Below, in pieces: positions 8,918-18,939 of a stretch of DNA of 64,000 nt. Numbering within the stretch: the stretch's first letter is position 1; every line of letters starts with the position of its first letter. The translations under genes were made by a program, and so were the position numbers. Source of the stretch: Thermoplasmatota archaeon (GTDB lineage Archaea; Thermoplasmatota; Thermoplasmata; UBA10834); contig JAHIRF010000005.1 in the NCBI GenBank assembly GCA_018818785.1, positions 275,513 through 339,512 of the forward strand. The letters are read 5' to 3'. The notes under the pieces are model-generated. The model was not told the DNA's origin. It did not search any database and was given only the letters and a program-made list of their open reading frames with translations.

Positions 8918-9817
8918 TCATACGACGGTCTTAGTCTGATCCGGCGAGAGGGCGCCTAGCCGCTCGGCTCGCCAGGCGATCAGGGTGATACGTTCCCTGC
9001 TAATCAGCTGGTTCAGGCCGCCATATCTCTCCATGAGCGCATCCATTGCCCCTTCATGCACATCGTCCGGGACATCCCATTGGTCCGAGAAGGTCCTGGT
9101 CTCGTAGTTGTCGATCATTGTCTGCACATCGACAGGATGGATGTGTCGAGTGAGTGTTTCATCTCTGTCGGGCTTGATGATCTCGGGAAGATCCCTCTCC
9201 ATGACGCCCGCATGGTGTATCTCGTGGCCGAGGTCTCTGCAGACATCCAGATAGAACCTTCTGAATTCCTCGACCTCTGAGTCTTCCTTGTAGAATCCTA
9301 CGGAGAGCAATTCTCCTCTGGTGACTCTTGCGATCTCAGAGATCGCGCACCGCCAATCCGCGATCAGGTGCATCACATGGACACTCATGGTGTGCTCGAA
9401 GGCCTTGTCCTGGAACGGGAGCGCGCAGATGTCTCCCAGGATGACATTCTCGGTCCCCTTCGCCCTCGCTTTCGCCAACATCCGCCTGGATATGTCCACT
9501 CCCGTGATATCGAATCCTATGCGCTGCAGCGGTTCGGCGAACCTGCCCGTGCCAATGCCTGCATCCAGATATCGCCCGCCCGTGGTCAGCCTCTCGCTCA
9601 GATTCCGGATGATCAGATCCATGACCTCGGTTGGATATGCTCGCGTATCATCGAATCTGTCCGCGATGTTGTCAAAGGACCTGCCCGTCACTTTCAACCC
9701 GGGCGGGTGAATCGCCCTGTCTATAGTTCTAATCACCGATTCCTCTCGGTCGGGCTGATTCCCTCGTATCGTCAGCTGATTCGAATTTGGTTCGATTGCC
9801 TCATCCTGGCATGGCAT
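8918..9817 (-). CDS. Class I SAM-dependent methyltransferase
   Basis: LDAGIGTGRF (motif I) and a downstream acidic motif DISRRM; N-terminal about 60 aa of uncertain function. Confidence 0.65.
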   Translation of the reverse strand: MPCQDEAIEPNSNQLTIRGNQPDREESVIRTIDRAIHPPGLKVTGRSFDNIADRFDDTRAYPTEVMDLIIRNLSERLTTGGRYLDAGIGTGRFAEPLQRIGFDITGVDISRRMLAKARAKGTENVILGDICALPFQDKAFEHTMSVHVMHLIADWRCAISEIARVTRGELLSVGFYKEDSEVEEFRRFYLDVCRDLGHEIHHAGVMERDLPEIIKPDRDETLTRHIHPVDVQTMIDNYETRTFSDQWDVPDDVHEGAMDALMERYGGLNQLISRERITLIAWRAERLGALSPDQTKTVV

Positions 9818-9949
9818 GATTTGGCAATATCAAAAAGACGAAATCGGTTATTCTTCGCGGCGTGATGTATCGATTAGCTGGCAAAGCGACCAATACAATA
9901 ATTAGATATCAGCGCAATATGGCATCCGGAGGATCATCGGGGGTGTTCA

Positions 9950-10354
9950 ATGGCTACAGAATTTGAGCTGAGTGTGACTGGGTCGACAAGGAATATGTTG
10001 GATGCAATTGGTGTTCTCGCGGACAAACTGATCAATCTTGACACGATCGCCACCGCGAAGGTAGACGACAGATATGTGATCCGGTTCCTCACCGGATGCG
10101 AGGAGGAATGCAGGACAACGTTCATGAAGGCGGACCTGCCGTTCACAGAGAGGAAGGTCCTGGTTCTAGACGTCCACGACCGCCCTGGACAATGGTTGAG
10201 AGCGGCACGGTGCCTGATGGATCAGGGCATTGAACTTGAGGAGAGCTATCTGCTCACGAAGACCAATGGCAAGCTCCGTTTCGTCTTCGGAGTGAGTGAT
10301 TACCAACGCGCGAAGGCCATTGCCAGTCAGATGACGGATTGCTCCACTGATTGA
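9950..10354 (+). CDS. Hypothetical small cytoplasmic protein (possible ACT-like regulatory domain)
   Basis: 134-aa ORF with reasonable codon usage, sitting immediately upstream of cooT; no clear motif. Confidence 0.3.
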   Translation: MATEFELSVTGSTRNMLDAIGVLADKLINLDTIATAKVDDRYVIRFLTGCEEECRTTFMKADLPFTERKVLVLDVHDRPGQWLRAARCLMDQGIELEESYLLTKTNGKLRFVFGVSDYQRAKAIASQMTDCSTD

Positions 10355-10387
10355 GCACTCCAAGTTCCTTCGAACCAGGGTGATATC

Positions 10388-10585
10388 ATGTGTGAGTCTG
10401 CAGTGTATCTTATGAAAGGCTCGGAGAAATCGTTGATCAAGGCCGAAACCTCGAAGATACTTATCGAGGACGGCATGGTGGTCTGCATCGGGGCGTTCGG
10501 CGAGAAGATAGAGGTGGAGAACGCAGAGCTCTCCGAGATCAACCTGATGAAGCACGAGATCATACTGCGCCCCAAGAAGGGATGA
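10388..10585 (+). CDS. cooT: CooT-like small nickel-binding protein
   Basis: 65 aa beginning MCESAVYL; the Cys2 N-terminus and the size are typical of CooT. Its stop overlaps the cooC start (ATGA at 10582-10585). Confidence 0.55.
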   Translation: MCESAVYLMKGSEKSLIKAETSKILIEDGMVVCIGAFGEKIEVENAELSEINLMKHEIILRPKKG

Positions 10586-11388
10586 GTCGGGGTCCCATGA
10601 AAGTGGCCGTAGTAGGCAAGGGTGGGGTCGGCAAGACCACAGTGGCCGGCTCAATGGCTAGGATCTGGGCCAGGGGTGGACTGCGAGTCTTGGCGGTCGA
10701 TGCCGATCCAGCGGCACACCTCCATTCGGTTCTGGGTATAGCGCGTTCTGAGATGCCGCATCCGATTTCCGAGGAGCTTGATCTGATAGAGGAGCGGACC
10801 GGGGCAAGGCCCGGGACATCTCAAGGGCCTTTCTTCAAGCTCAATCCTAGGGTAGAGGATATCCCGGACAGGTATTCCAAGCTAGGATCCGACGGAGTAT
10901 CACTGCTCGTCACCGGGACCATAAAGGCTGCTGGCAGCGGCTGTTTCTGTCCCGAAAATGCCATCTTACGCAGCCTTCTCGAACACATAATACTCGAGCG
11001 TGGTGACGCAGTGGTGGTCGACATGGAAGCCGGCCTGGAACAGTTCGGGCGCGCAACATGTCGTGGGGTTGACATGCTTCTTATCGTGATAGAGCCAGGA
11101 TCGAGGTCCATGGAGACGGCCGCCAGGATGGCCGAGCTCTCGCACGAGATGGGTGTCAAGAACATGTCCGTCGTCGCCAACCGTGTCAGGGGCAAGGAGG
11201 AAGCCGATGCTGTGGCAGAGCTCCTCGCCTCGCATTCGTTGAAGCTGGATTACGTTCTGCCATACTCCGAAGCGGTCGCCAAGGCCGACATGCTCGGCAT
11301 ATCGCCATTGGACCACGGAGACGACAACGAGTGGCTCTCCTCCGTCCGACGATTATCGAACGGAATGCTAGGTTCAGACCGAATCTAG
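10582..11388 (+). CDS. cooC: CO dehydrogenase nickel-insertion ATPase CooC (MinD/ParA family)
   Basis: Deviant Walker A motif VAVVGKGGVGKTT and the CooC-type Ni-binding GSGCFC(P) motif. Confidence 0.85.
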   Translation: MSRGPMKVAVVGKGGVGKTTVAGSMARIWARGGLRVLAVDADPAAHLHSVLGIARSEMPHPISEELDLIEERTGARPGTSQGPFFKLNPRVEDIPDRYSKLGSDGVSLLVTGTIKAAGSGCFCPENAILRSLLEHIILERGDAVVVDMEAGLEQFGRATCRGVDMLLIVIEPGSRSMETAARMAELSHEMGVKNMSVVANRVRGKEEADAVAELLASHSLKLDYVLPYSEAVAKADMLGISPLDHGDDNEWLSSVRRLSNGMLGSDRI

Positions 11389-11744
11389 GAGCGGTCATCT
11401 CTGATACGCCCCAACAATCTAGACTTGAATAACATCGGCAACAGCCGTCCTTTTCCGGTGATGACAACGTATTAGTAGCATCATATTCATTCGTCAGATG
11501 TCGAGTGCAGACTTGATGGCATCGGGGAGCCAGATGTCTGTTTGCGTGGGGATTAAGGTGAACGGGAGACTCGGAGACTGTACAAGTGACAGCTGTCCCG
11601 TCAGCCGGGCAGCGAACTATGAATCATTTGCGAAGCAGCAGCTGTCGATGAATCTTCGCAATTCGTTCGAAGATATCTCATGAGACCATTCGATTGCCGA
11701 TCATCCCATTCCTACCCTGCGGGGATCACCAGGGGTAGTCTGAG

Positions 11745-14700
11745 ATGGAGAAGGAGATAGGGTCCAGCAACAAGGGTGGCGCGAGTGCAAAATCATCATC
11801 GAAGTGGTCGTGCGACTGCTGGGATGAGAGTTGTCGGACCATGTTCACCGACGTTCACGATGAGGGTGTATGCACGGTCTTTGACCGTGTATCCGACCAG
11901 GGAGCGCAGTGCAGGTTCGGTTCGCTCGGACTCTGTTGCAGGATATGTCTGGAGGGCCCGTGCCGGATAAACCCTATGGGGAAGGAACCGACGTCCGGGA
12001 TATGCGGGGCTAAGGATTACACGATAGTCGCGCGAAACTTGGATAGGATGATCGTCGGGGGAACCGCATCCCATTCATGTCATGGGAAAGAGATATCCCA
12101 TGTGCTCCTGGAGGTATCCGAGGGGAAGATCACTGATTACAGGGTCACCGATGAATCGAAGCTTGAAAAGGTGGCAGCGCGTCTTGGGATCGATAAGCAA
12201 GGCAAGGGGATGCAGGCGATGGCCCGCGAGGTCGCCCTGGCTGCGATGGAGGATTATTCGAGATATTCTGCAGAGCCTCTCACTTTCCTGAGGACGACGG
12301 TGACCAAGTCCCGCATGGGGAACTGGGACTTCAATGCGGTGCTGCCTTCGAACATCAATACCACCATATCCGATCTGATGCACAGGACGGCCATGGGGGT
12401 CGATGCCGACCCGGTTCCTCTCCTGTTCGGCGGAGTGAAGTGTGCTCTGGCGGACTACGCAGGCGCTCAGATATCGTCCGACCTGAGCGACATTCTGTTC
12501 GGCACGCCCAAGATCGTGCTCAGTGAAGTGAACCTCAATGTGCTCGAGAAGGATGCGGTCAATGTCGCTGTCCATGGTCACAACCCGCTCCTGAGCGACA
12601 TAATGGTGGATGTGGCGCGAGAGATGACGGATGTCGCCAAGAGTGTAGGGGCGTCGCGCTTCAACATCGTGGGGGTGTGCTGCACAGGGAACGAGATACT
12701 CATGCGAAAGGGTGTGCCGATCGCTTCGAATGTGCTCTCCCAGGAACTGGTCGTCCTCTCCGGCATGCTGGATGCCATGGTCCTCGACTACCAGTGCTTC
12801 ATGCCGTCTCTCTCGTCTCTCACGAGATGCACCCACACCCGGTTGATATCCACCGAGGAGGTCGCGAGACTGGTGGGTGACACACACATAGAGCTGACTC
12901 CGGGGCGTGCGCGAACCTCAGCGAAGGAGATACTCACGATAGCCGCGGAGGCTTTCAAGCATCGCACCGGAACGAGGACTTTGCCTGCCGCGAAGCCTCA
13001 GCGTGTAGTTGCCGGTTTCAGCCTCGAGCAGATGAGACAATTGTTCGCGACCAAGAATCCAGAGGACCCGTTTCAGCACTTGGTCGACGGCATAATGCAC
13101 GGCAGCATCCGGGGCATCGCGCTCTTCGCCGGCTGCAAGAGCACGAAGGCAAAGGATGACCGTGATGTGCTCACGATCGCCAAGGAGCTTCTGAAGCGGG
13201 ATGTCCTCGTGATGGCGACTGGCTGCAACGCGATCGAGCTGGCCAAGGCAGGATTCATGGATCCAGACAAGGTCGGCGAGCTGGTCGGAGAGGGTCTTCA
13301 ATCGTTCCTTTCAGAGCTAGCGAAGGCTGCTGATGTGAAAGGCGGGCTCCCGTGTGTATGGCATATCGGATCCTGCGTGGACAACCCGCGCTTCTCCAAC
13401 CTGGCGACCGAGGTCGCCAACCGGCTGGACGTGGACATCGACAGGATCCCCTTCGTGGTGGCCGCCCCCGAGGCGATGCATGAGAAGGCCGTTTCTATAG
13501 GCACATGGGCGGTCACGATGGGCTTCCCCGTTCATGTGGGCACGATCAATTACATCTATGGCAGCACGCTCGTGACTGAAGTGTTGGAGAACACTGCGCG
13601 CGATGTCTTCGGAGGATATTTCATCTTCGAGAAGGACCCGCTCGAGGCCGCGAAGAGGATGTACTCCGCGATAGAGTACCGCCGTTGGAAACTCGATCTG
13701 TCGGATGCCGAGGTCGAGCGCGCGACCCATCTCGATGCGAAGAAGGGGACCGTCAAGAAGGAGGAGCTGTTCAAGATGGCGATCGAGGGATCGATAATCG
13801 CCACCGGCTACGCCGACCTGGTCCTGAGCCACGCGCTTCGGAAGCATGGTCCAGACAAGTTGGTGGAGTTCCCCGAGACTGGTTACCAGCTGCCGAGCAT
13901 CTTCGCATGGCTTGGCAAGAACTGCAACCGTCTGGGCGACCTACCTCAGCTCCTCGGAGAGGCGAGGAGGAAGATCGTCGAGGAGCCCACGTATGAAGCG
14001 GCTGTGGCTTCAGGCGAGGCCACGATGATAGCCGCCGAGATCGTGGAGGCTCTGAAGTACATAGACAACCCCGCGCCATACGAAGGCACACCGTATTGCG
14101 GGTTCGTGCCAGACAGGATACTGCGACAGCTCGGGATAGCGTTCGTGGACGACACCATACCTGGAGCTGCGGTGTTCGTGGGACGGGCCAGCGACCCGAA
14201 GAAACTCTCGGCGATGATCCGTGATTGCCAGAACAAAGGCATGTTGATCGTCGCGAGCTATGACATCATCAAGCAGCTCAAGGACGAGAACATCTCCATG
14301 GGTCTCGACAGGATGCTCTACCCGGTGGGCGAGTTCACACAGATCATACACGGACTCAACTTCGCCATCAGGGCAGCGCTCTCATTCGGAGGCATCCAGA
14401 AGGGCGACAGGGAGGGACTCTCCAACTACCTGTCGAAGCGCCCCAAGGTGTTCGTTCTTCAGCTGGGGCCGCTCGACTTCATCAAGGTGGCAGCAGAGTT
14501 CGCTGTCCTGTTCAACGGGTCGCCGACCATAACGGACCAGGATGTGGAGCCGATCCCTGACAAGTATGTGGTGCAGAAGAACCTCGATGAGATGATATCG
14601 ACAGCGATAGAGGTGAGGGGCTGCAAGATCAAGCTCGGCGCCATGGATCTTCCCGTGCCTTATGGACCCGCCTTCGAAGGTGAGACCATCAGGAGGCCGG

Positions 14701-15884
14701 ACATGCATATCGAGGCCGGCGGCCCATCCAAGACTCTCGCATTCGAACTCCTCAGGATGCGCACATCGGAGGAGATAACCGACGGGAACGTGACTCTGAT
14801 CGGGAAGGACATCGACGAGATGGAGGAAGGCTCGTCGACCAACCTGGGGATATTCGTCAGCGTGTACGGCAAGAACATGCAGAAGGATTTCGAATCCGTG
14901 CTGGAGCGCAGGATACACCAATTCGCCAACTTCGCGGAAGGGTTGTGGCACACGGGCCAGAGGAACCTCCTATGGGTCAGGATGAGCAAGACCTCGGTCA
15001 AGGCAGGGTTGAGGCTCAAGCACATCGGGGACATACTGGTCACGAAGCTCAAGCAGGAGTTCGGTGCCATCGTTTCGAAGATAGAGGTCACGATCGTCAC
15101 AGACGAGGATGAGCTCAGGAAGCATCTCGACGAGGCGAAGATGGTCTATGCCGAGAGGGATGCCAGGATCGCCGACTTGGTGGACGAGAATGTCGACATA
15201 TTCTACACCTGTACCTTGTGCCAGAGTTTCGCGCCCGGGCATGTATGCATCATCACGCCCGAGAGGCTGGGACTCTGTGGCGCCATCAACTGGTTGGATG
15301 CGAAAGCGTCCTATCAGATAGCGCCGACCGGGCCGAACAGCCCGGTATCCAAGAAGGAGACCATAGACGAGGTCAAGGGCCAATGGACGGGCGTGAACGA
15401 AGCGGTCAAGGAGAAGACCCAGGGCAAGCTGCAGCAGTTCAGCGCATACACCATGGTCGAGGACCCCATGACCTCATGCGGTTGTTTCGAATGCATAGTC
15501 GCGGTCTCGCCGGACCTCCAGGGGGTCGTGGTCGTGAACAGGGAACATGCTGGCATGACCCCGGTGGGCATGACCTTCTCGACGCTCGCAGGGTCCGTCG
15601 GAGGAGGGATACAGACGCCGGGGTTCATTGGCGTGGGCAGGAAATACCTCACCAGCAAGAAGTTCATCTCGGCAGACGGTGGTTTCATCAGGATCGTCTG
15701 GATGCCCAAGAACCTCAAGGAGGCCATGAAGGACGAGCTGAAGAAACGGGCAGAGGAGATCGGGGTGCCCGACTTCCTGGATAAGATCGCGGACGAGAGC
15801 GTCGCGAGGACGCCTGACGAGCTGACTAGCTGGCTGGTCGAGGTGAACCATCCTGTCATGGGGATGTCACCGATGATCAAGTGA
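11745..15884 (+). CDS. acsAB: Fused Ni-CODH (CooS/AcsA-type) and acetyl-CoA synthase (full-length AcsB) in one 1379-aa polypeptide
   Basis: The N-terminal half carries the CODH cluster motifs QCRFGSLGLCCRICLEGPCRINP (B/D-cluster), GVCCTGNE and HIGSCVDN (C-cluster). The C-terminal ~725 aa align along their length with Moorella-type AcsB: ATGYADLVL, WHTGQRN, CTLCQSFAPGHVCIITPERLGLCGAINW and the A-cluster Cys-Gly-Cys in SCGCFECIV. There is no stop or frameshift between the halves. Confidence 0.85.
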   Translation: MEKEIGSSNKGGASAKSSSKWSCDCWDESCRTMFTDVHDEGVCTVFDRVSDQGAQCRFGSLGLCCRICLEGPCRINPMGKEPTSGICGAKDYTIVARNLDRMIVGGTASHSCHGKEISHVLLEVSEGKITDYRVTDESKLEKVAARLGIDKQGKGMQAMAREVALAAMEDYSRYSAEPLTFLRTTVTKSRMGNWDFNAVLPSNINTTISDLMHRTAMGVDADPVPLLFGGVKCALADYAGAQISSDLSDILFGTPKIVLSEVNLNVLEKDAVNVAVHGHNPLLSDIMVDVAREMTDVAKSVGASRFNIVGVCCTGNEILMRKGVPIASNVLSQELVVLSGMLDAMVLDYQCFMPSLSSLTRCTHTRLISTEEVARLVGDTHIELTPGRARTSAKEILTIAAEAFKHRTGTRTLPAAKPQRVVAGFSLEQMRQLFATKNPEDPFQHLVDGIMHGSIRGIALFAGCKSTKAKDDRDVLTIAKELLKRDVLVMATGCNAIELAKAGFMDPDKVGELVGEGLQSFLSELAKAADVKGGLPCVWHIGSCVDNPRFSNLATEVANRLDVDIDRIPFVVAAPEAMHEKAVSIGTWAVTMGFPVHVGTINYIYGSTLVTEVLENTARDVFGGYFIFEKDPLEAAKRMYSAIEYRRWKLDLSDAEVERATHLDAKKGTVKKEELFKMAIEGSIIATGYADLVLSHALRKHGPDKLVEFPETGYQLPSIFAWLGKNCNRLGDLPQLLGEARRKIVEEPTYEAAVASGEATMIAAEIVEALKYIDNPAPYEGTPYCGFVPDRILRQLGIAFVDDTIPGAAVFVGRASDPKKLSAMIRDCQNKGMLIVASYDIIKQLKDENISMGLDRMLYPVGEFTQIIHGLNFAIRAALSFGGIQKGDREGLSNYLSKRPKVFVLQLGPLDFIKVAAEFAVLFNGSPTITDQDVEPIPDKYVVQKNLDEMISTAIEVRGCKIKLGAMDLPVPYGPAFEGETIRRPDMHIEAGGPSKTLAFELLRMRTSEEITDGNVTLIGKDIDEMEEGSSTNLGIFVSVYGKNMQKDFESVLERRIHQFANFAEGLWHTGQRNLLWVRMSKTSVKAGLRLKHIGDILVTKLKQEFGAIVSKIEVTIVTDEDELRKHLDEAKMVYAERDARIADLVDENVDIFYTCTLCQSFAPGHVCIITPERLGLCGAINWLDAKASYQIAPTGPNSPVSKKETIDEVKGQWTGVNEAVKEKTQGKLQQFSAYTMVEDPMTSCGCFECIVAVSPDLQGVVVVNREHAGMTPVGMTFSTLAGSVGGGIQTPGFIGVGRKYLTSKKFISADGGFIRIVWMPKNLKEAMKDELKKRAEEIGVPDFLDKIADESVARTPDELTSWLVEVNHPVMGMSPMIK

Positions 15885-16858
15885 TGTGTGTGGGGGATCG
15901 ACACATGGGGTTTGAAGGAGCGAAAGAGAGTTTTTCGGGCCGGATCAAGGAGGTCGTCATAGGTGCTACAGACGAGCATGGCGGTAGCAGGAGCAGGCGG
16001 CTCACGGTGGGTGGATCGAACGGTCTTCCGTTCCATTCATTCGAGAGCGAGATGCCGCATAAGCCACTGATAGCCATGGACATTGTCGATACGTTGCGCA
16101 TGGTCTCCGACACGCAGCTGAAGTCCATGGGCGATGTCGTGAAGGACCCCGTGGAGTGGGCCAAGCGCTGTGAGAAGGAATGGGGCGCGGACATCTGTGT
16201 GCTGAAGCTGCAGTCGGCGAACCCCGAGGAGGAGAACCGTTCGGTCGAGGAGTGCGAGTCCCTCTTCAAGGAAGTCCTGAAGGCGGTGTCCCTTCCGCTC
16301 TTCGTATACGGGTGCGGGTTCGAGGAGAAGGATGCCAAGCTGATGGAGGCGATCTCGAACGCTGGCAAGGGCGAGCGCCTGTTCATCGGTCTGGCGGAGG
16401 AGAAGGCATACAAGTCCCTGACGGCTGCGGCCATGGCGAACGGCCATGGTCTGGTGGCCTTCTCGAACCTCGATATCAACCTCGCGAAACAGATCAACAT
16501 ATTGCTGATGGATTTCGGCATGAAGCCCGAGAACATCCTCATGGACCCGCTCATGGCACCGCTCGGCATGGGTCTGGAATACTCATACTCCGTCATCGAG
16601 CGCCTGCGAATAGGCGCCCTGATGGGTGACCCGGTCCTCCAGATGCCGATGATCTGCGATTGCTCATGTGCGTGGACCGTGCCAGAGGTGCTCGAGGAGG
16701 ACGATGGCAAGGGGACGCAGGTGGAGCGAGGCGTCAATTGGGAGGTCATCACCGCCGAGGCCGCTCTGATGGCGGGAGCGGCCCTCGTCATAACCAGGCA
16801 TCCAGAATCCGTCAAGCATATCAGGGCGACGATCGACGATCTCTACGGGGGTGTGTGA
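15881..16858 (+). CDS. acsD: Corrinoid iron-sulfur protein small subunit (AcsD/CdhD-type)
   Basis: 325 aa, TIM-barrel-type CFeSP delta-like sequence; ATGA overlap with the acsAB stop. Confidence 0.8.
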   Translation: MMCVGDRHMGFEGAKESFSGRIKEVVIGATDEHGGSRSRRLTVGGSNGLPFHSFESEMPHKPLIAMDIVDTLRMVSDTQLKSMGDVVKDPVEWAKRCEKEWGADICVLKLQSANPEEENRSVEECESLFKEVLKAVSLPLFVYGCGFEEKDAKLMEAISNAGKGERLFIGLAEEKAYKSLTAAAMANGHGLVAFSNLDINLAKQINILLMDFGMKPENILMDPLMAPLGMGLEYSYSVIERLRIGALMGDPVLQMPMICDCSCAWTVPEVLEEDDGKGTQVERGVNWEVITAEAALMAGAALVITRHPESVKHIRATIDDLYGGV

Positions 16859-18184
16859 ATGCCCACCGCGATGGAGATATACAAGCTTCTCCCGAAGAAG
16901 AACTGCGGAGAGTGCAAGTTCCCCACATGTCTGGCGTTCGCGATGCAGCTCGCGAACCAGAAGGTCGCCCTCGAAGCCTGTCCGTATGTCAGTCCCGAGG
17001 CGAAGGCCGCGCTCGAGGAGAGCGGCGCCCCGCCCATCAGGCTCATGACGTTCGGCACTGGTGACATGGCAGTCAAGGTCGGCGACGAGACCCAGCTGTT
17101 CAGGCACGACAAGACGTTCTACAACCCCACGGTGATAGGTCTCATAGCCGACGATTCCTCAGGGTCACAAGGGATCAAGGACGGGGTCGCACTTGTGAAG
17201 TCGCTGTCCTTCGAGAGAGTCGGACAGAACATACGTGTCAACTCGATCGCGATCAGGCATTCGACCGGGGACCCGAAAGAATTCCTGGAAGGTGTGAAGC
17301 ACGCATCATCGGAGGGATTGCCGATGGTCCTGATGACCGAAGACCCGGGGCTGATGGGAGAGACGTCTGTCGCATGGCCCAAGAGGCCGTTGCTCTACAG
17401 GGCCACACCGGCCAACTTCGATGCGATGATCGAGGTGGCCAAGCGGTCTTCGTGCCCGCTCGTGATCGGGGGAGCAGCCACGCTTGACGAGCTCTCGCAG
17501 CTGTCAGAGCGGGCGAAGAAGGCGGGAGTCACGGACCTCGTCCTCGAACCGGTTCAGGGCACGTGCGCCCAGCTCCTCGAGAGCATGACAGTCGTGCGAA
17601 GGGCCGCTGTCAAGAAACATTTCCGCCCCTTGGGATATCCGACAATATCTGTGCTGGGGTCGTCTGATCTGGACAAGGGCAGGGCGACGATCGGCGTGGC
17701 GAAGTACTCGTCCATCGTGCTCATGGACGAGCTGTCCAGAGGGTTCGTCTTCCCCCTCATGGTCCTCAGGCAGAACATCTTCACCGACCCGCAGGTCCCC
17801 ATCCAGGTGAAGCCCGGATTGTACAAGGTGGGAGAGCCGAACGAGAAGTCTCCCGTCATGTTCACGACCAACTTCTCCTTGACATACTTCACCGTGCGCG
17901 CAGACATCGAGAAGAGCAAGATGCCCGCCTGGCTTCTGGTGATAGACACCGAGGGTCAGTCCGTCATGACCGCGTTCGCGGCAGGGAAGCTCACGCCGGA
18001 GTCGGTCACGGAGGCGATAGAGAAGGAGAAGGTCAAGGATGTCAGCAAGAGGAACGAGATCGTGATCCCCGGGATGGTGAGCAGGATGAGCGGCAAGCTC
18101 AACGAGCTCTCGGGGATGAAGGTGATTGTCGGCTCGCGGGAGTCCTCAGGCATACCCAAGATGATCAAGTCATTCAGCGGATAG
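16859..18184 (+). CDS. acsC: Corrinoid iron-sulfur protein large subunit (AcsC/CdhE-type)
   Basis: N-terminal 4Fe-4S motif KKNCGECKFPTCLAFAMQL...CPYV followed by TIM-barrel and B12-binding regions; starts 1 nt after the acsD stop. Confidence 0.8.
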   Translation: MPTAMEIYKLLPKKNCGECKFPTCLAFAMQLANQKVALEACPYVSPEAKAALEESGAPPIRLMTFGTGDMAVKVGDETQLFRHDKTFYNPTVIGLIADDSSGSQGIKDGVALVKSLSFERVGQNIRVNSIAIRHSTGDPKEFLEGVKHASSEGLPMVLMTEDPGLMGETSVAWPKRPLLYRATPANFDAMIEVAKRSSCPLVIGGAATLDELSQLSERAKKAGVTDLVLEPVQGTCAQLLESMTVVRRAAVKKHFRPLGYPTISVLGSSDLDKGRATIGVAKYSSIVLMDELSRGFVFPLMVLRQNIFTDPQVPIQVKPGLYKVGEPNEKSPVMFTTNFSLTYFTVRADIEKSKMPAWLLVIDTEGQSVMTAFAAGKLTPESVTEAIEKEKVKDVSKRNEIVIPGMVSRMSGKLNELSGMKVIVGSRESSGIPKMIKSFSG

Positions 18185-18186
18185 GC

Positions 18187-18939
18187 TCAGCGTCCCACCC
18201 GTTCAGATTCGACGGCCCTGCCGACATCGGAGAACGCGGGGTCGCTCGCTGGCATGTCCATGAGCGATTCAGTGTCCTTCGCGTGAGCGCACAGCCATGC
18301 CGACCCCCTCACGCTGTACACAGCATCGAACCTGTCACTCGAATATGACGACAGATCTTGTCCCTGGCCCAGCTGATCGACCACCAGGACCGTCCTGGAG
18401 ATGTTCAGGGCCATCTCCTCTGCGAGGTCCGCGATCCTGTTCGCGGCCGACAGCGACGATCTTGTCGTGTCGCAGAGGACGAACAGCACCTCTGTGGACC
18501 GTGTGGTTCTCCTGCTGAGGTGTTCCATCCCTGCCTCGTTGTCTATCACGACATGATCGTATCTCTCCGAGATCGAATCGATGAGGTTGCGTAGCATGTT
18601 GTTTATGAAACAGTAACATCCGGGTCCTTCGGGTCTGCCCATCGTGAGCAGGTCGAAACCGTCTCCCTCCCTGAGCGCCAGCCTGACCTGGTAGTCTATG
18701 TATTCCTGTTTCGACATGCTGGGTGGCGGCTCCTCGCCGTAGGATGCCAGCTCCTCTCTTATGTCTCCTAGGGTCCTTCCAGGTCCTTGTCCGAGCTTCG
18801 CGCCGAGGTTGTGATTCGAGTCGGCATCCACCGCGAGCACGACCTTCCCTGTCTTCCTGTTTAGATGCCTTATCGCCATCGCGCAGAACGTGGTCTTGCC
18901 AACTCCTCCCTTCCCGGCCACGGCTATCGTGTAGGTCAT
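18187..18939 (-). CDS. acsF: Second CooC-family nickel-insertion ATPase (AcsF-like)
   Basis: The true start is MTYTIAVAGKGGVGKTTF at ATG 18939, overlapping the RACo stop (ATGA). The long upstream part of ORF 18187..19299 is a shadow frame of the RACo gene. Confidence 0.8.
   Translation of the reverse strand: MTYTIAVAGKGGVGKTTFCAMAIRHLNRKTGKVVLAVDADSNHNLGAKLGQGPGRTLGDIREELASYGEEPPPSMSKQEYIDYQVRLALREGDGFDLLTMGRPEGPGCYCFINNMLRNLIDSISERYDHVVIDNEAGMEHLSRRTTRSTEVLFVLCDTTRSSLSAANRIADLAEEMALNISRTVLVVDQLGQGQDLSSYSSDRFDAVYSVRGSAWLCAHAKDTESLMDMPASDPAFSDVGRAVESERVGR

Noticed and set aside
11498-11683. 61-aa ORF in the long leader upstream of acsAB
   Set aside because: It has no motif, no RBS and odd composition, and is more likely untranslated leader.
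12075-16815. Numerous long antisense or alternate-frame ORFs inside acsAB/acsD, e.g. 12075-12887(-), 15314-16036(-), 15877-16815(-)
   Set aside because: They lie entirely within strongly supported coding sequence on the opposite strand or frame, with Arg/His/Pro-rich shadow-frame composition.
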